Shown: piece after piece, positions 1 through 8,656 of the stretch | Numbering within the stretch: the stretch's first letter is position 1 | Layout of the letters: the number at the start of each line of letters is the position of its first letter | Assembly: GCA_964571805.1 (NCBI GenBank) | Contig: CAZNDI010000003.1 | Coordinates: 1-36,800 of the forward strand | DNA: 36,800 nt | Source of the DNA: an uncultured Candidatus Peribacteria bacterium | GTDB taxonomy: Bacteria; Patescibacteriota; Gracilibacteria; UM-FILTER-43-11 | Direction of reading: 5' to 3' | Translations under genes and position numbers: made by a program | The notes under the pieces: model-generated | What the model saw: the letters and a program-made list of their open reading frames with translations, nothing else | Told to the model about the DNA's origin: nothing | Database searches by the model: none

Positions 1-71
1 CCTTGGGAGGGGTTGGGGAGGTCTGCGATGGGAGGTTACGGCTATCCTGTAATAGAGATTATGGACGCCCC

Positions 72-1916
72 TCACTCACTCGGAGCCGGAGGAATCTCTT
101 CTTGAGGTCTATTTTCTTGAGCCTCTGGATTCAATGGCATTGGCTTAAGGGCTTCAGGAGAAGCTTCGGGTTGTTTTTCAGCTTGTGGCTCAGAGGATTT
201 TGGCCTTTCTAGAGGTTTTTCAAGGGGTTTTTCGGGGGTAGGCTGAAGCGGCTGTTGAACGGGGATTTCTTTTGGCTTTGGTTGGTCCCCCTCTGCTGGA
301 ACGGGAGTTGGCTTTGAAACAAAATCCTTCTTCAAGGTTTCAATGGAGCGGCCCTCGTTTCGGGGTCCCTCATTTCTTTTAACTTGAGGGGCTTGAGGTG
401 AAGGGGATTTTTGCTGAGTGGGCTGAGCGACAGGAGAGACTTTGGGAGGATGATTATGAGGTCTTTCTCCTTTGGCTTGAGCCTCACGAGGAGGTCTGGG
501 TTGATTTTCTTGAGGAGGAGCCTGTTTTGGGGCCGTTTCTTGGGCCTTTGGAGGGCTTTGAACGGGAGCAGGCTGCAAAGTGACTTCCTTTTCTTTAACA
601 GGCTGATTTTGGCCTTTAAACTCTAAGTATTGGACTGTTTGACCTTCGTTTGGAGGATTTGAGGGCGCCAAATCAGGAGTGATGGGATTTTGAGGCGGAG
701 TTTTTGGGACAGGAAGGGGGGCTGGAAACATGGGGCGCACTCTGTCGGGATGAATATTGAGACGATTGCCTTGGTAGTCTCGGACTTTAATCAGAGTATC
801 CTCAATCAATTTTTCCAGGCTGGTAGAATCACGCCGCTTTAAGCCTGCCGCTCGAACATGACCTCCTCCGCCCATCTCGGCACATATTTTGCCGACATCA
901 ACGCTATTGGTCGTCGACCGCATGCTCACTGACACATAGCCTTCTTCATTATATTTAAAGAGCATGATGAGCTCGGCACCTGGAGCATTGCTCAAAAGAT
1001 CGTCGATGATGCCTTCAGATTCTTCTGAGTTCGCCCCTGTTTCATTCAAATCAGACTTTGAAATACTGGACCAAACTAAACGATAAATCGGATCGGTTTC
1101 TACTTTAGAAAGCACCGTGCCCCACAATTTGAGGGTGGTGAGTTTTTTGGTTTTATAAATGTTTTTGATGATTTCCTGTTGTCTTGCACCCAAATCAAGC
1201 AATTGAGCGGCCACTTCCATGGCCCGGGGAGAGGTGTTGGCATGTTGAAAGCTACCAGTATCGGTGATCAAACCGGCCAAAAGGAGGGTGGAGACATCAG
1301 GGGTGAGGAATTTTTTTTCATAGCGGGTTTCCATTTCTCGTAATAAATCGAGCATCATTTCGGTGGTGCTGGCCGAAACCACATCGACAAAATTGACCTG
1401 TCCATAATCGGTGTTGCTGGCATGGTGGTCGATGTTGATGAGAGGGGTATTGAAGAAGAGTTCAGCATTTTGGTCATAAATGGGACCCAAGTGCTCTAAA
1501 TTGCCTGTGTCGAAGGTGATGATGAGGTCAAAATGTTTTTCATCCTTTCCAAAGGTAACATCTTCGGCTTTAAATTGGCCTGATCGTGGGGTGACGATGA
1601 TGTTGACTCGAGAGTGGTCTTCGGCGAGTTTGTATTTGATTTTGTTCAGGGGGGTGTTGCGGATGTCTAGAGTGATGACAAAATCATTGGAAGTGACTGA
1701 GTTTTGGACGATGTGGATGGAGGGCAAAAAGCTGAGCACTTCGGGAGCGGGATCGTTGGTGGCAGCTGTGACTTCTTTGCCTAGAGCTTGTAACGCTAAA
1801 TACATGGAAATCATGGAACCCAGACCATCACAGTCGGCTTTGGCGTGAGTCAGCAAGAGGATGCTCTGGCTTTTATCGATGAGGTTGAAGATTTGATCTC
1901 GAGTGGTGGCGTCCAT
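72..1916 (-). CDS. DHH/DHHA1-family phosphoesterase (NrnA-like oligoribonuclease/pAp-phosphatase type) with a ~230-aa Pro/Gln/Glu/Lys-rich C-terminal tail
   Basis: 614-aa ORF. It has an N-terminal 'LLTHAKADCDGLGS' motif, the DHH motif 'NIDHHASN' and the DHHA1 motif 'GGGGHVRAAG'. Everything after about residue 385 is low-complexity P/Q/E/K sequence (EKPLEKPLERP, NEGPRNEG). The stop codon is TGA. Confidence 0.85.
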   Translation of the reverse strand: MDATTRDQIFNLIDKSQSILLLTHAKADCDGLGSMISMYLALQALGKEVTAATNDPAPEVLSFLPSIHIVQNSVTSNDFVITLDIRNTPLNKIKYKLAEDHSRVNIIVTPRSGQFKAEDVTFGKDEKHFDLIITFDTGNLEHLGPIYDQNAELFFNTPLINIDHHASNTDYGQVNFVDVVSASTTEMMLDLLREMETRYEKKFLTPDVSTLLLAGLITDTGSFQHANTSPRAMEVAAQLLDLGARQQEIIKNIYKTKKLTTLKLWGTVLSKVETDPIYRLVWSSISKSDLNETGANSEESEGIIDDLLSNAPGAELIMLFKYNEEGYVSVSMRSTTNSVDVGKICAEMGGGGHVRAAGLKRRDSTSLEKLIEDTLIKVRDYQGNRLNIHPDRVRPMFPAPLPVPKTPPQNPITPDLAPSNPPNEGQTVQYLEFKGQNQPVKEKEVTLQPAPVQSPPKAQETAPKQAPPQENQPRPPREAQAKGERPHNHPPKVSPVAQPTQQKSPSPQAPQVKRNEGPRNEGRSIETLKKDFVSKPTPVPAEGDQPKPKEIPVQQPLQPTPEKPLEKPLERPKSSEPQAEKQPEASPEALKPMPLNPEAQENRPQEEIPPAPSE

Positions 1917-1942
1917 AAGGTTATTTTTGAAGTGAAATATTA

Positions 1943-1971
1943 TTTATAATGTTTATTTTTAAACTTGTCAA
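1943..1971 (-). promoter_or_regulatory. Second candidate promoter P2 for the DHH gene (TTGACA-N17-TATAAA)
   Basis: Plus-strand tgtcaa at 1966-1971 and tttata at 1943-1948, read on the minus strand. It lies in tandem with P1. Confidence 0.4.
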
Positions 1972-1977
1972 TGTTCT

Positions 1978-2006
1978 ATTATAGAATAAATAAATAATTA
2001 TGTCAA
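1978..2006 (-). promoter_or_regulatory. Sigma70-type promoter P1 for the DHH gene (TTGACA-N17-TATAAT on the minus strand)
   Basis: Plus-strand tgtcaa at 2001-2006 and attata at 1978-1983 give perfect consensus -35 and -10 hexamers on the minus strand with a 17-nt spacer, about 60 nt upstream of the start at 1916. The region is AT-rich, so a chance match cannot be excluded. Confidence 0.55.
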
Positions 2007-2059
2007 ATAATTCACCCAAAAATCCTTGTGAAAAGTAACCTGGGAATAACACCCCCTCT

Positions 2060-3377
2060 TCATACCTCTAAAAATTGTTCCCCCACCTTATACACATCCC
2101 CTGCCCCCATAGTGACTAGGAGATTATTGGGTTGAGCTTCTTTCATCAAGATTTCCAAAGTTTTCTCAAAATTTTCCGTCCACTGAGCTCTGGGAATTTC
2201 GGAAGCGAGGGATTCGGCCGAAATTTTCATCTTATCCTCATCGGTATCCCGGGCCTCATAAATATTAGGTATCAAAAGCAAATCAGCGTCGGCAAAAGCA
2301 GTCTTAAAATCCTCCAACAATTCATAGGTTCGAGAATACTGATGTGGTTGAAACACACAAATGAGCCTTCGATCAGGATAATGCTCTTTCAAAGCCCTCA
2401 ACGTCGCCTTCACCTCCGTGGGATGATGGCCATAATCATCGATGACCAAGACCCCTTGTACCTCCCCCTTCATCTCCATTCGCCTCGACGTGCCCGAAAA
2501 ACGACTCAAACTCATCAAAATCTCATACTTAGCCCCCCCCCATCTGCTCAGCGGCGCTCAAGGCATGAGCCGCATTGAGCTTGTTGAAGTCACCCGCCAC
2601 GCGCAACTTGATTTCAGCCGTGTCTAAAAAATTCACGGGAATCTGTTTTGCCCTCGTGTGAGACGTAATCCGACGGCAATTTGAATCCGTTTGGTTGTAA
2701 ATCAAAAACCCCTCTTGAGGCAATTTTGAAACCAATTCCTGAAACGCATTGATATAATCGCCCTCAGATTTAAAATAGTCGACATGTTCCCATTCGCAGT
2801 TGAGAACAATCATGCCAAAAGGCTGTAAAGTCGAAAAATTCCGTCGGTATTCACAACCTTCCACCACCAACCACTCGCTTTTTCCGATATGAATGTTACG
2901 ATCCTTAAAATAAGGCACGCGTGCCCCCACAATAACGGTGGGATCTAGTCCCGCTTCAATCAAAGCCTGCCCCAACATCGCCGTGGTCGTTGTTTTGCCA
3001 TGAGTCCCTGTCACCACAATCGTTTTTTTATGAGTGGAAAGCAAACCAAGGGCCTCAAAATAACTCGTGAGCTGAAGCCCTCTTTTTTTCGCCTCCAAAT
3101 ACTCAGGATTGTTTTCTTTGTCGATGGCTTCAGAATAAATGACCCATTCCACCAGTTCACCTAAATTTTCAGCGTTGTGAGATAAAAATACCTCCACCCC
3201 TTCATTTTTAAGCTGAAGAATTGTTGGATTGTTAGCCACATCAGAACCCGTCACTTTAAGGCCATGAGCCTTTGCCAAATGAGCTAAAGCACTGATGCCG
3301 CTGCCTCCGACGCCAATGAAATGGACGTGTCTAAAATTGTCTAACATAGATTGATTTGCGAGAAAGTGATGAGTCAA
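2060..3377 (-). pseudogene. murC: UDP-N-acetylmuramate--L-alanine ligase MurC, reading frame interrupted in a G9 homopolymer (C9 on the + strand, 2533-2541)
   Basis: ORF 2529-3377 carries the MurC N-terminal and central domains ('HFIGVGGSGISALA', P-loop 'TGTHGKTTTTAML'). ORF 2060-2518 carries the C-terminal domain ('FSGTSRRMEMKG', 'IDDYGHHPTEV', 'VFQPHQYSRT'). The upstream frame ends ATG GGG GGG GGC TAA. Removing one G gives a continuous ...EQMGGAKYEILMSLSRFSG... product. Confidence 0.85.
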
Positions 3378-3460
3378 CCCTTAGGAAAGTATTTGGCGGA
3401 TGGGTTATTTTCAAGTAATATGTTATCACGTTTCGACTAAAAATTCCGAACACGAAAACC

Positions 3461-3946
3461 ATGACAACGGAAAAAAAACCCTTCACCTTTCAACTGTTCG
3501 TGATGGCTGGTTTTCTTTTTTTCTTTTACATGTTTTTTGCCCTAGCCAGCTCAATTTATCGGGATTATAAATTGGAAAGTCAGATCGACAATTTTCAATC
3601 TGAAATCGATAAATTAGCTGTTTTAGCGAATCAAAAACCAAAAGAGTTGATGTACCTCCAATCCGATCAATACAAGGATTTGTATGGCAAAGAGAGCTTG
3701 AATCTGCTCAACCCTGGAGAAAAGCTCATCATTGTGCCCAAAGGGGATAAAAACATAGAACAAGGCCCCGCGGCCCTAACCCCCGAAGTTTTTTCTCCCG
3801 ATTCCGTTTTAAATCAGCCCAACCCCGTGCAGTGGAAAGAATATTTTTTCGGCCACACCCTCTCAGTGAAAGACCAAGACCCTAAAAATATAGCTCCAAA
3901 TTCACCTTCAAAAGAAAACCCTGAATCAAAACCAATTGAAGGGTAG
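3461..3946 (+). CDS. FtsB/DivIC-like septum formation initiator (membrane anchor plus coiled coil) with a P/K/E-rich tail
   Basis: It has an N-terminal TM segment (FVMAGFLFFFYMFFALA), a coiled coil (LESQIDNFQSEIDKL) and 'QSDQYKDLYGKESLNLLNPGEKLIIVP', which resembles the conserved FtsB/DivIC C-terminal pattern. It is divergent from murC. Confidence 0.55.
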   Translation: MTTEKKPFTFQLFVMAGFLFFFYMFFALASSIYRDYKLESQIDNFQSEIDKLAVLANQKPKELMYLQSDQYKDLYGKESLNLLNPGEKLIIVPKGDKNIEQGPAALTPEVFSPDSVLNQPNPVQWKEYFFGHTLSVKDQDPKNIAPNSPSKENPESKPIEG

Positions 3947-3989
3947 ACACAAATAAGACAAAAAATTCGTCTTGGAGGACTTTAGAATT

Positions 3990-4008
3990 ATAAGCTAAGG
4001 CTTATTTT
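3990..4008 (+). terminator. Weak candidate intrinsic terminator after the FtsB-like gene
   Basis: ATAAGC-taag-GCTTAT hairpin (3990-4005) followed by TTT. The stem is short and AT-rich. Confidence 0.3.
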
Positions 4009-4011
4009 AGT

Positions 4012-4039
4012 TTGATTTTAGCCCGTTAATCCGTATAAT
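4012..4039 (+). promoter_or_regulatory. Promoter for the tRNA gene (TTGATT-N16-TATAAT)
   Basis: The -35 ttgatt lies at 4012-4017 and a perfect -10 tataat at 4034-4039. The -10 ends 5 nt before the first tRNA nucleotide. Confidence 0.5.
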
Positions 4040-4044
4040 CCCTT

Positions 4045-4119
4045 TGCGGGGTAGAGCAGTGGCAGCTCGTCGGGCTCATAACCCGGAGGTCGCGGGTTCG
4101 AATCCTGCCCCCGCAACCA
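4045..4119 (+). tRNA. tRNA-Met (anticodon CAU), probably the initiator tRNA, with genomically encoded CCA
   Basis: I folded the cloverleaf by hand. The 7-bp acceptor stem is TGCGGGG/CCCCGCA, with U8 and a GAGC/GCTC D stem. The anticodon stem ends in GGG/CCC, with loop CTCATAA (CAT at 4077-4079). The T stem is GCGGG/CCTGC with loop TTCGAAT, followed by A73 and CCA at 4117-4119. Initiator hallmarks are three G-C pairs next to the anticodon loop, A11:U24 and a weak U1:A72 pair. Confidence 0.9.
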
Positions 4120-4151
4120 AAAATTTTCTCAAGCCACAGTCCAAAGCATCA

Positions 4152-6956
4152 TCACCGTCTCTTCCTCTTACGTTTCGCCCCCCCAGCTCCTGCTACTGGG
4201 ATTTTAGGTGTGTCAGGAGTTGATGTAGCCTGAGTCGGCGGATTTACTTTTATTTCGACAGGTTTTTCTGGCGCGGGAGATTGAGGCAATTCAGCTTTAA
4301 CCTCAGGACTCTTTACTTCTAAAGGTTTGACTTCCTTGGGTTTATCCCATTCTTTAGGTTTGAAACTTTTTGCCGCATCCAACTTTTTGGTTTCGGCCCA
4401 ACGGGCAATTTTATCTTCGACCACTTCTCGAGGACGACAATAACGCTCCCGCGAAAGGCGGATGATTTTTTCCCGTCGCTCCTCAGAGCCCTCAGATTGA
4501 GGGGGAGGGAGGGTAGCAATGGAGAAGGTGGGAGAAGGCATCCCATCGATCATCAACTTGGTGTAACAATTGTATTTGGGCAAAGTGATGATGTCGTTGG
4601 GCAACACCTCCTCGGAAAACTGATTGGAAAAATGTTCGGCATCATCAAAACCCACTTGGAAACAAAGACTAGTACCGACGTTCCCAAAAACCGCATCTCT
4701 CACCTCTTCCGGCATTTGAGCCACATATTGGTTGGCCATCACCAAACTGAGCTTATACTTTCGGGCTTCAGAGAGGATGGTGGCAAACGCATCCGTGGCA
4801 AAGTTTTGGAACTCATCGACATAAAGATAAAAATCCTTACGATCGGCTTCCGCTGTATCGGCCCGACTCATCGCGTCCAATTGGAATTTGGTGATGAGCA
4901 TGGAACCGAGCAAGGAAGAATTGTCCTCTCCAATTTTACCTTTAGAAAGGTTCACCACAATAATTTTGCCTGTATCCATCATGAAGCGAATATTCACCGT
5001 AGATTTTACCTGTCCTACAATATTACGAATCATTGGGGAAGAAAGAAATTGACCCACTTTATTTTGAATAGGAGAAATGGCCTCCTGTCGTTGCCTATCT
5101 TGCATTGGCTCGTATTCATCCACCCAAAAGCTTTTGACCATAGGGTTTTGAATATTAGACACTACTTTCCGACGGTATTCTTTATCGACTAAGATTCGCA
5201 TGATGCCGAGCATGGACGTGTTGGGATATTCAACAAGGCCCAGAAGACAGTTCCGCAAAATATGCTCCAAACGAGGGCCCCACGACTCGGAATACATCTT
5301 TTTAAAAACACCCAAAAGCCCTGAGGCCATCAGATTTCGTTTATTCTGATCGTCGGTATATTCCAACATATTGAACGCAAAAGGATGAGCCACATCGGAG
5401 GGGTCAAGAATGACCACATCATTCGTCCGACTGGCAGGAACAAAGTTGATGACCGCATCGGCTAAATCTCCGTGAGGGTCAATGACCGCCAAACCTTTGC
5501 CCGTATTCACATCGGAATGAATCATATTTTCCAAAAGCACGGACTTTCCCATCCCCGTTTTACCAATGATGTAAATATGACGCCGACGATCAACGGTTTT
5601 AATACCGAATTTTTCTCGTTGACCACGGAAATTACTTTCTCCCATCACATTCAATTCATCATCGGGAACCGTGCCGACAATCGGAAGATTGTGAGGGGGT
5701 TCAAGTTTACGAGAGTTGACCCAAAACACATTGGGCGTGCCCACATCTTTGGAAGGCATGTGATAAAGGGTGGCCAATTCCTCCACATTCATGATGATGG
5801 GGTCAATGACGGCCCGTTGTTGGTAGCGCTTTAGGATTTGTGCATTGGCCGAATTCATGCGCGAAACACTCAAACCATTGAGATTGGGGAGGGTGAATTG
5901 TTCAAAACTACCTGCAATTTCATTGAGCTTGAGCTCAGCTAGGTCAATATTTTCTCGTCGAGGCAAGTACACCACGCGAATATTGACCCCATAACTGAGG
6001 CGAGTGACTTTGTTGACAGCCGCTGAAGCCGGATCTTCTCGGTCGTGAGAACTGGAGGATTCTTGATTGAGGCTTTGCTCCACAGCACTCAAAGCACCCA
6101 ACCGTCCACCCCGCAGGACCCAAAAAAACATGTAAGCGGGAATATACCAAAATCGAGCCCAAAATCCTCGAGCCAAGTAAGCATTGGTGGCCTTTCCGCT
6201 TAAAAAAGGACTGTTGGCAAAAACCCCGTTCGTCACAATTTTCAAACATTTGATGGCACGCTGTCTCCACCAATCCCCCACGGGCTCCATGGTGATCTGA
6301 ATCCAAGCCTGTTCATCGGTGGCATTGAGCTTGGAAAGGGTGGCCGTGACGCCTGCAAGAGGCTCTGTAGCGAGTCGAGTCAGCTTGTCTTCAAACTGAA
6401 TGTAACGCTTGATGGGGTACATGTCTGAATTGGAAAACTGAAATTCAGCGGTAACGGCATAGCGTTGATCTCGAGCGGCCTGCTTGTGGAGGACGGGGAG
6501 ATTTTGGGGGTTTTCGGGATTGTCGAGGGGGGTTTCTAGTTTTTCAACTTGATTTCGATACACCGTGAAGGCTTGCTTGGAATAATCTTCCACTTCTTCG
6601 ATCTCTACATCGGGGTATTGGGCGTAAATTTGGCTTTCGACGACATTTTTGAATTTACGGGGCGTCCAGATGAAAAATTGAATTTTATTGTTCACATTGG
6701 CAATTTCCAAACTGATCCGAGGCATGGTTTGGCCTGTTAAGGAGCCGAAAAAACTGTAATTCCTTTTGATGCCATGCAGGGCCGAAAAAATCTGTTCCGC
6801 CACAATGGGGCCGCGTTCGTTGAGCTTAGAAACAGCCACGCGCAAAACAACCGTGGGCATGTTTTGGTTGTATTGGTTCTGCTTGCTGGTGATATAAATT
6901 TTAAAAACAAAAACTAGAGCTCCCACAAGACCGATGATGAGGAGGATTTCTGTCAT
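4152..6956 (-). CDS. VirD4/TraD/TraG-like type IV coupling-protein-type P-loop ATPase (FtsK/HerA superfamily) with a large N-terminal membrane-associated domain and a basic P/K-rich tail
   Basis: 934-aa ORF. It has an N-terminal TM (ILLIIGLVGALVFVF) and an internal hydrophobic segment (FWARFWYIPAYMFFWVL). Motifs are Walker A 'IIGKTGMGKS', 'VIDPHGDL', Walker B 'FYLYVDEFQNFAT' and 'ARKYKLSLVMANQ'. The C-terminal tail runs KPKEWDKPKEVKPLEVKSPEVK...KRKRKRR. Confidence 0.75.
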   Translation of the reverse strand: MTEILLIIGLVGALVFVFKIYITSKQNQYNQNMPTVVLRVAVSKLNERGPIVAEQIFSALHGIKRNYSFFGSLTGQTMPRISLEIANVNNKIQFFIWTPRKFKNVVESQIYAQYPDVEIEEVEDYSKQAFTVYRNQVEKLETPLDNPENPQNLPVLHKQAARDQRYAVTAEFQFSNSDMYPIKRYIQFEDKLTRLATEPLAGVTATLSKLNATDEQAWIQITMEPVGDWWRQRAIKCLKIVTNGVFANSPFLSGKATNAYLARGFWARFWYIPAYMFFWVLRGGRLGALSAVEQSLNQESSSSHDREDPASAAVNKVTRLSYGVNIRVVYLPRRENIDLAELKLNEIAGSFEQFTLPNLNGLSVSRMNSANAQILKRYQQRAVIDPIIMNVEELATLYHMPSKDVGTPNVFWVNSRKLEPPHNLPIVGTVPDDELNVMGESNFRGQREKFGIKTVDRRRHIYIIGKTGMGKSVLLENMIHSDVNTGKGLAVIDPHGDLADAVINFVPASRTNDVVILDPSDVAHPFAFNMLEYTDDQNKRNLMASGLLGVFKKMYSESWGPRLEHILRNCLLGLVEYPNTSMLGIMRILVDKEYRRKVVSNIQNPMVKSFWVDEYEPMQDRQRQEAISPIQNKVGQFLSSPMIRNIVGQVKSTVNIRFMMDTGKIIVVNLSKGKIGEDNSSLLGSMLITKFQLDAMSRADTAEADRKDFYLYVDEFQNFATDAFATILSEARKYKLSLVMANQYVAQMPEEVRDAVFGNVGTSLCFQVGFDDAEHFSNQFSEEVLPNDIITLPKYNCYTKLMIDGMPSPTFSIATLPPPQSEGSEERREKIIRLSRERYCRPREVVEDKIARWAETKKLDAAKSFKPKEWDKPKEVKPLEVKSPEVKAELPQSPAPEKPVEIKVNPPTQATSTPDTPKIPVAGAGGAKRKRKRR

Positions 6957-7088
6957 TCTTTCTTAATTTTAGTCTAAAGCTTCACTATTTTAACGGATTT
7001 TTTAGAAAATATCTAAATCATTCCCAACTATTTTTCTATCTCAAGGACTAATGTGGGCCCGTTTTATTAACATTAATTATTTTTCCCC

Positions 7089-7103
7089 ATCATTACTAAT
7101 GAT
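7089..7103. promoter_or_regulatory. Perfect 7+1+7 palindrome ATCATTA-C-TAATGAT in the divergent T4CP-like/miaB intergenic region
   Basis: Read directly from the sequence. It looks operator-like, but it is short and lies in AT-rich DNA. Confidence 0.25.
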
Positions 7104-7199
7104 ACCTAATCTCACTATTTTAGCATTTTTAAGCCAAAAAATCAACTAAAACAAACTAAAAAATCCAGAGCTTGATACAAATCTATAAAGGCTTAAGCC

Positions 7200-7228
7200 T
7201 TGTCTAAAAGTTAATTAAAATCTAGAAT
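7200..7228 (+). promoter_or_regulatory. Candidate miaB promoter (TTGTCT-N17-TAGAAT)
   Basis: Hexamers at 7200-7205 and 7223-7228, about 23 nt upstream of the ATG at 7251. It is preceded by the palindrome AAGGCTTAAGCCTT. Confidence 0.35.
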
Positions 7229-7250
7229 AAACCCTGTATTAATCCTAAAA

Positions 7251-8588
7251 ATGCCTCTCAAATACCACATCAAAACCTACGGCTGCCAGATGAATTATTC
7301 CGACACCGAACGGGTGATGACCGTGCTCGAAAAAATGGGCTATGAAGGCGTGGACCACTACGATAAAGCAGATTTGGTGATCCTCAATACCTGCATGGTC
7401 AAAAAATCAGCCGAAGACCGCATTTATGGATTGGGGGAACCTTTTGCCAAACTCAAAGAAAGCAACCCCAACCTAAAAATTGGAATTACGGGCTGCATGA
7501 TCAACAAAGACACAGGATTGAGAGGGGAGAGCAAAGAAGAGGTCTTCAGAAGAATGGCAACCATCGATTTTGTGTTTCGAATCAAAGACTTGATGCACCT
7601 ACCAGACATGCTCCACAAAATGCATCACATGGAAGGTGGAGACGAAGTTTCTCAAATGAAGAGCTATTTTCACATCAGCCCCAAAATCACCAACATCACC
7701 CAAGTGTTCATTCCCATCATGAGCGGATGTAATAATTTTTGCTCCTTCTGCATTGTCCCCTACACTCGAGGACGAGAAGAATGTCGAGAAATGAGCGAAC
7801 TTTTGGAAGAGGTTAAAAAATTAGCCAAACGAGGAGCGACTGAAGTGAATTTTGTGGGACAAAATGTGAATAGTTACAAACCCAAAGACGCTGATCCAAA
7901 TTCAAAAGACAGTCCTTTTGCTCAACTGCTAAGGAGAGTGGATGCGATAGAAGGAATCAAGCGAATCAGATTTTATACCGTTCACCCCAAAGACATGGGA
8001 GACGATGTGGTGGCCTTATTTGGAGAACTGAAATCGATGGTCCCCCACATTCATTTACCGATTCAGAGCGGGTCTAACAGTTGTCTAAAAAGGATGAATC
8101 GACTGTACACCGTGGAGCGATGGAAGGAATTGGCTGACAAAATTCGGGCCAAGATCCCGAACGTATCGATTAGCACGGACATCATCACAGGCTTTTGTGG
8201 AGAAACAGAAGAAGAATTTATGGAAAGTGTGAATTTGATCAAAGATTATAAAGTGGATTTGGTTTATGTCTCCAAATATTCGGATCGGGAAAACACGTAT
8301 GCCCATAAAAATTTGAAAGATGACATTCCGTTTGAGGTAAAAAAAGACCGTTTTGAGCGCCTAACCAAAGCCATGCAAGAAGTATCGAGTGACTATTTGA
8401 AACAGTTTATTGGACAAGCGGTCGAAGTTTTGGTGGAGAAAGTTGAAAAGGGCTGGGCGACGGGGAAAATTCCTCATTTCAAGCAATGTCGTTTTAAAGC
8501 AGAAGACCCCAAGTTGGTGGGGGAATATGTAACAGTGAAGGTGGAAAATGCGAGAGAGTGGTGTTTGGAAGGAGAAAGGGTAAACTGA
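7251..8588 (+). CDS. miaB: tRNA-i6A37 methylthiotransferase MiaB (radical SAM MTTase with a TRAM domain)
   Basis: It has the UPF0004 N-domain 'YHIKTYGCQMNYSDTE', the radical-SAM cluster motif 'CNNFCSFCIVPYTRG' and a C-terminal TRAM-like 'GQAVEVLVEK...GEYVTVKVENA'. Confidence 0.88.
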   Translation: MPLKYHIKTYGCQMNYSDTERVMTVLEKMGYEGVDHYDKADLVILNTCMVKKSAEDRIYGLGEPFAKLKESNPNLKIGITGCMINKDTGLRGESKEEVFRRMATIDFVFRIKDLMHLPDMLHKMHHMEGGDEVSQMKSYFHISPKITNITQVFIPIMSGCNNFCSFCIVPYTRGREECREMSELLEEVKKLAKRGATEVNFVGQNVNSYKPKDADPNSKDSPFAQLLRRVDAIEGIKRIRFYTVHPKDMGDDVVALFGELKSMVPHIHLPIQSGSNSCLKRMNRLYTVERWKELADKIRAKIPNVSISTDIITGFCGETEEEFMESVNLIKDYKVDLVYVSKYSDRENTYAHKNLKDDIPFEVKKDRFERLTKAMQEVSSDYLKQFIGQAVEVLVEKVEKGWATGKIPHFKQCRFKAEDPKLVGEYVTVKVENAREWCLEGERVN

Positions 8589-8591
8589 ATA

Positions 8592-8619
8592 TTGACATTT
8601 TTTCTATTTATGATATATT
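8592..8619 (+). promoter_or_regulatory. Extended -10 promoter for the 294-aa orphan gene (TTGACA-N16-TATATT with an upstream TG)
   Basis: ttgaca at 8592-8597, TG at 8611-8612 and tatatt at 8614-8619. It lies immediately after the miaB stop and about 40 nt before the ATG at 8657. Confidence 0.5.
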
Positions 8620-8656
8620 GGCCAACCAACCTTTTATTTAAGTAAATTTTATTAGA

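Noticed and set aside
3-212. 69-aa plus-strand ORF at the left edge, along with the many short antisense ORFs inside long genes throughout the track.
   Set aside because: They lie antisense to or overlap strongly supported genes, have biased or low-complexity composition, and carry no motifs.
4045-7250. I considered the tRNA-adjacent T4CP-like gene as part of an integrative/conjugative element inserted at the tRNA.
   Set aside because: No integrase, relaxase or other transfer genes are present. I could not find a direct repeat of the tRNA 3' end in the 6957-7250 intergenic region or elsewhere in the window.
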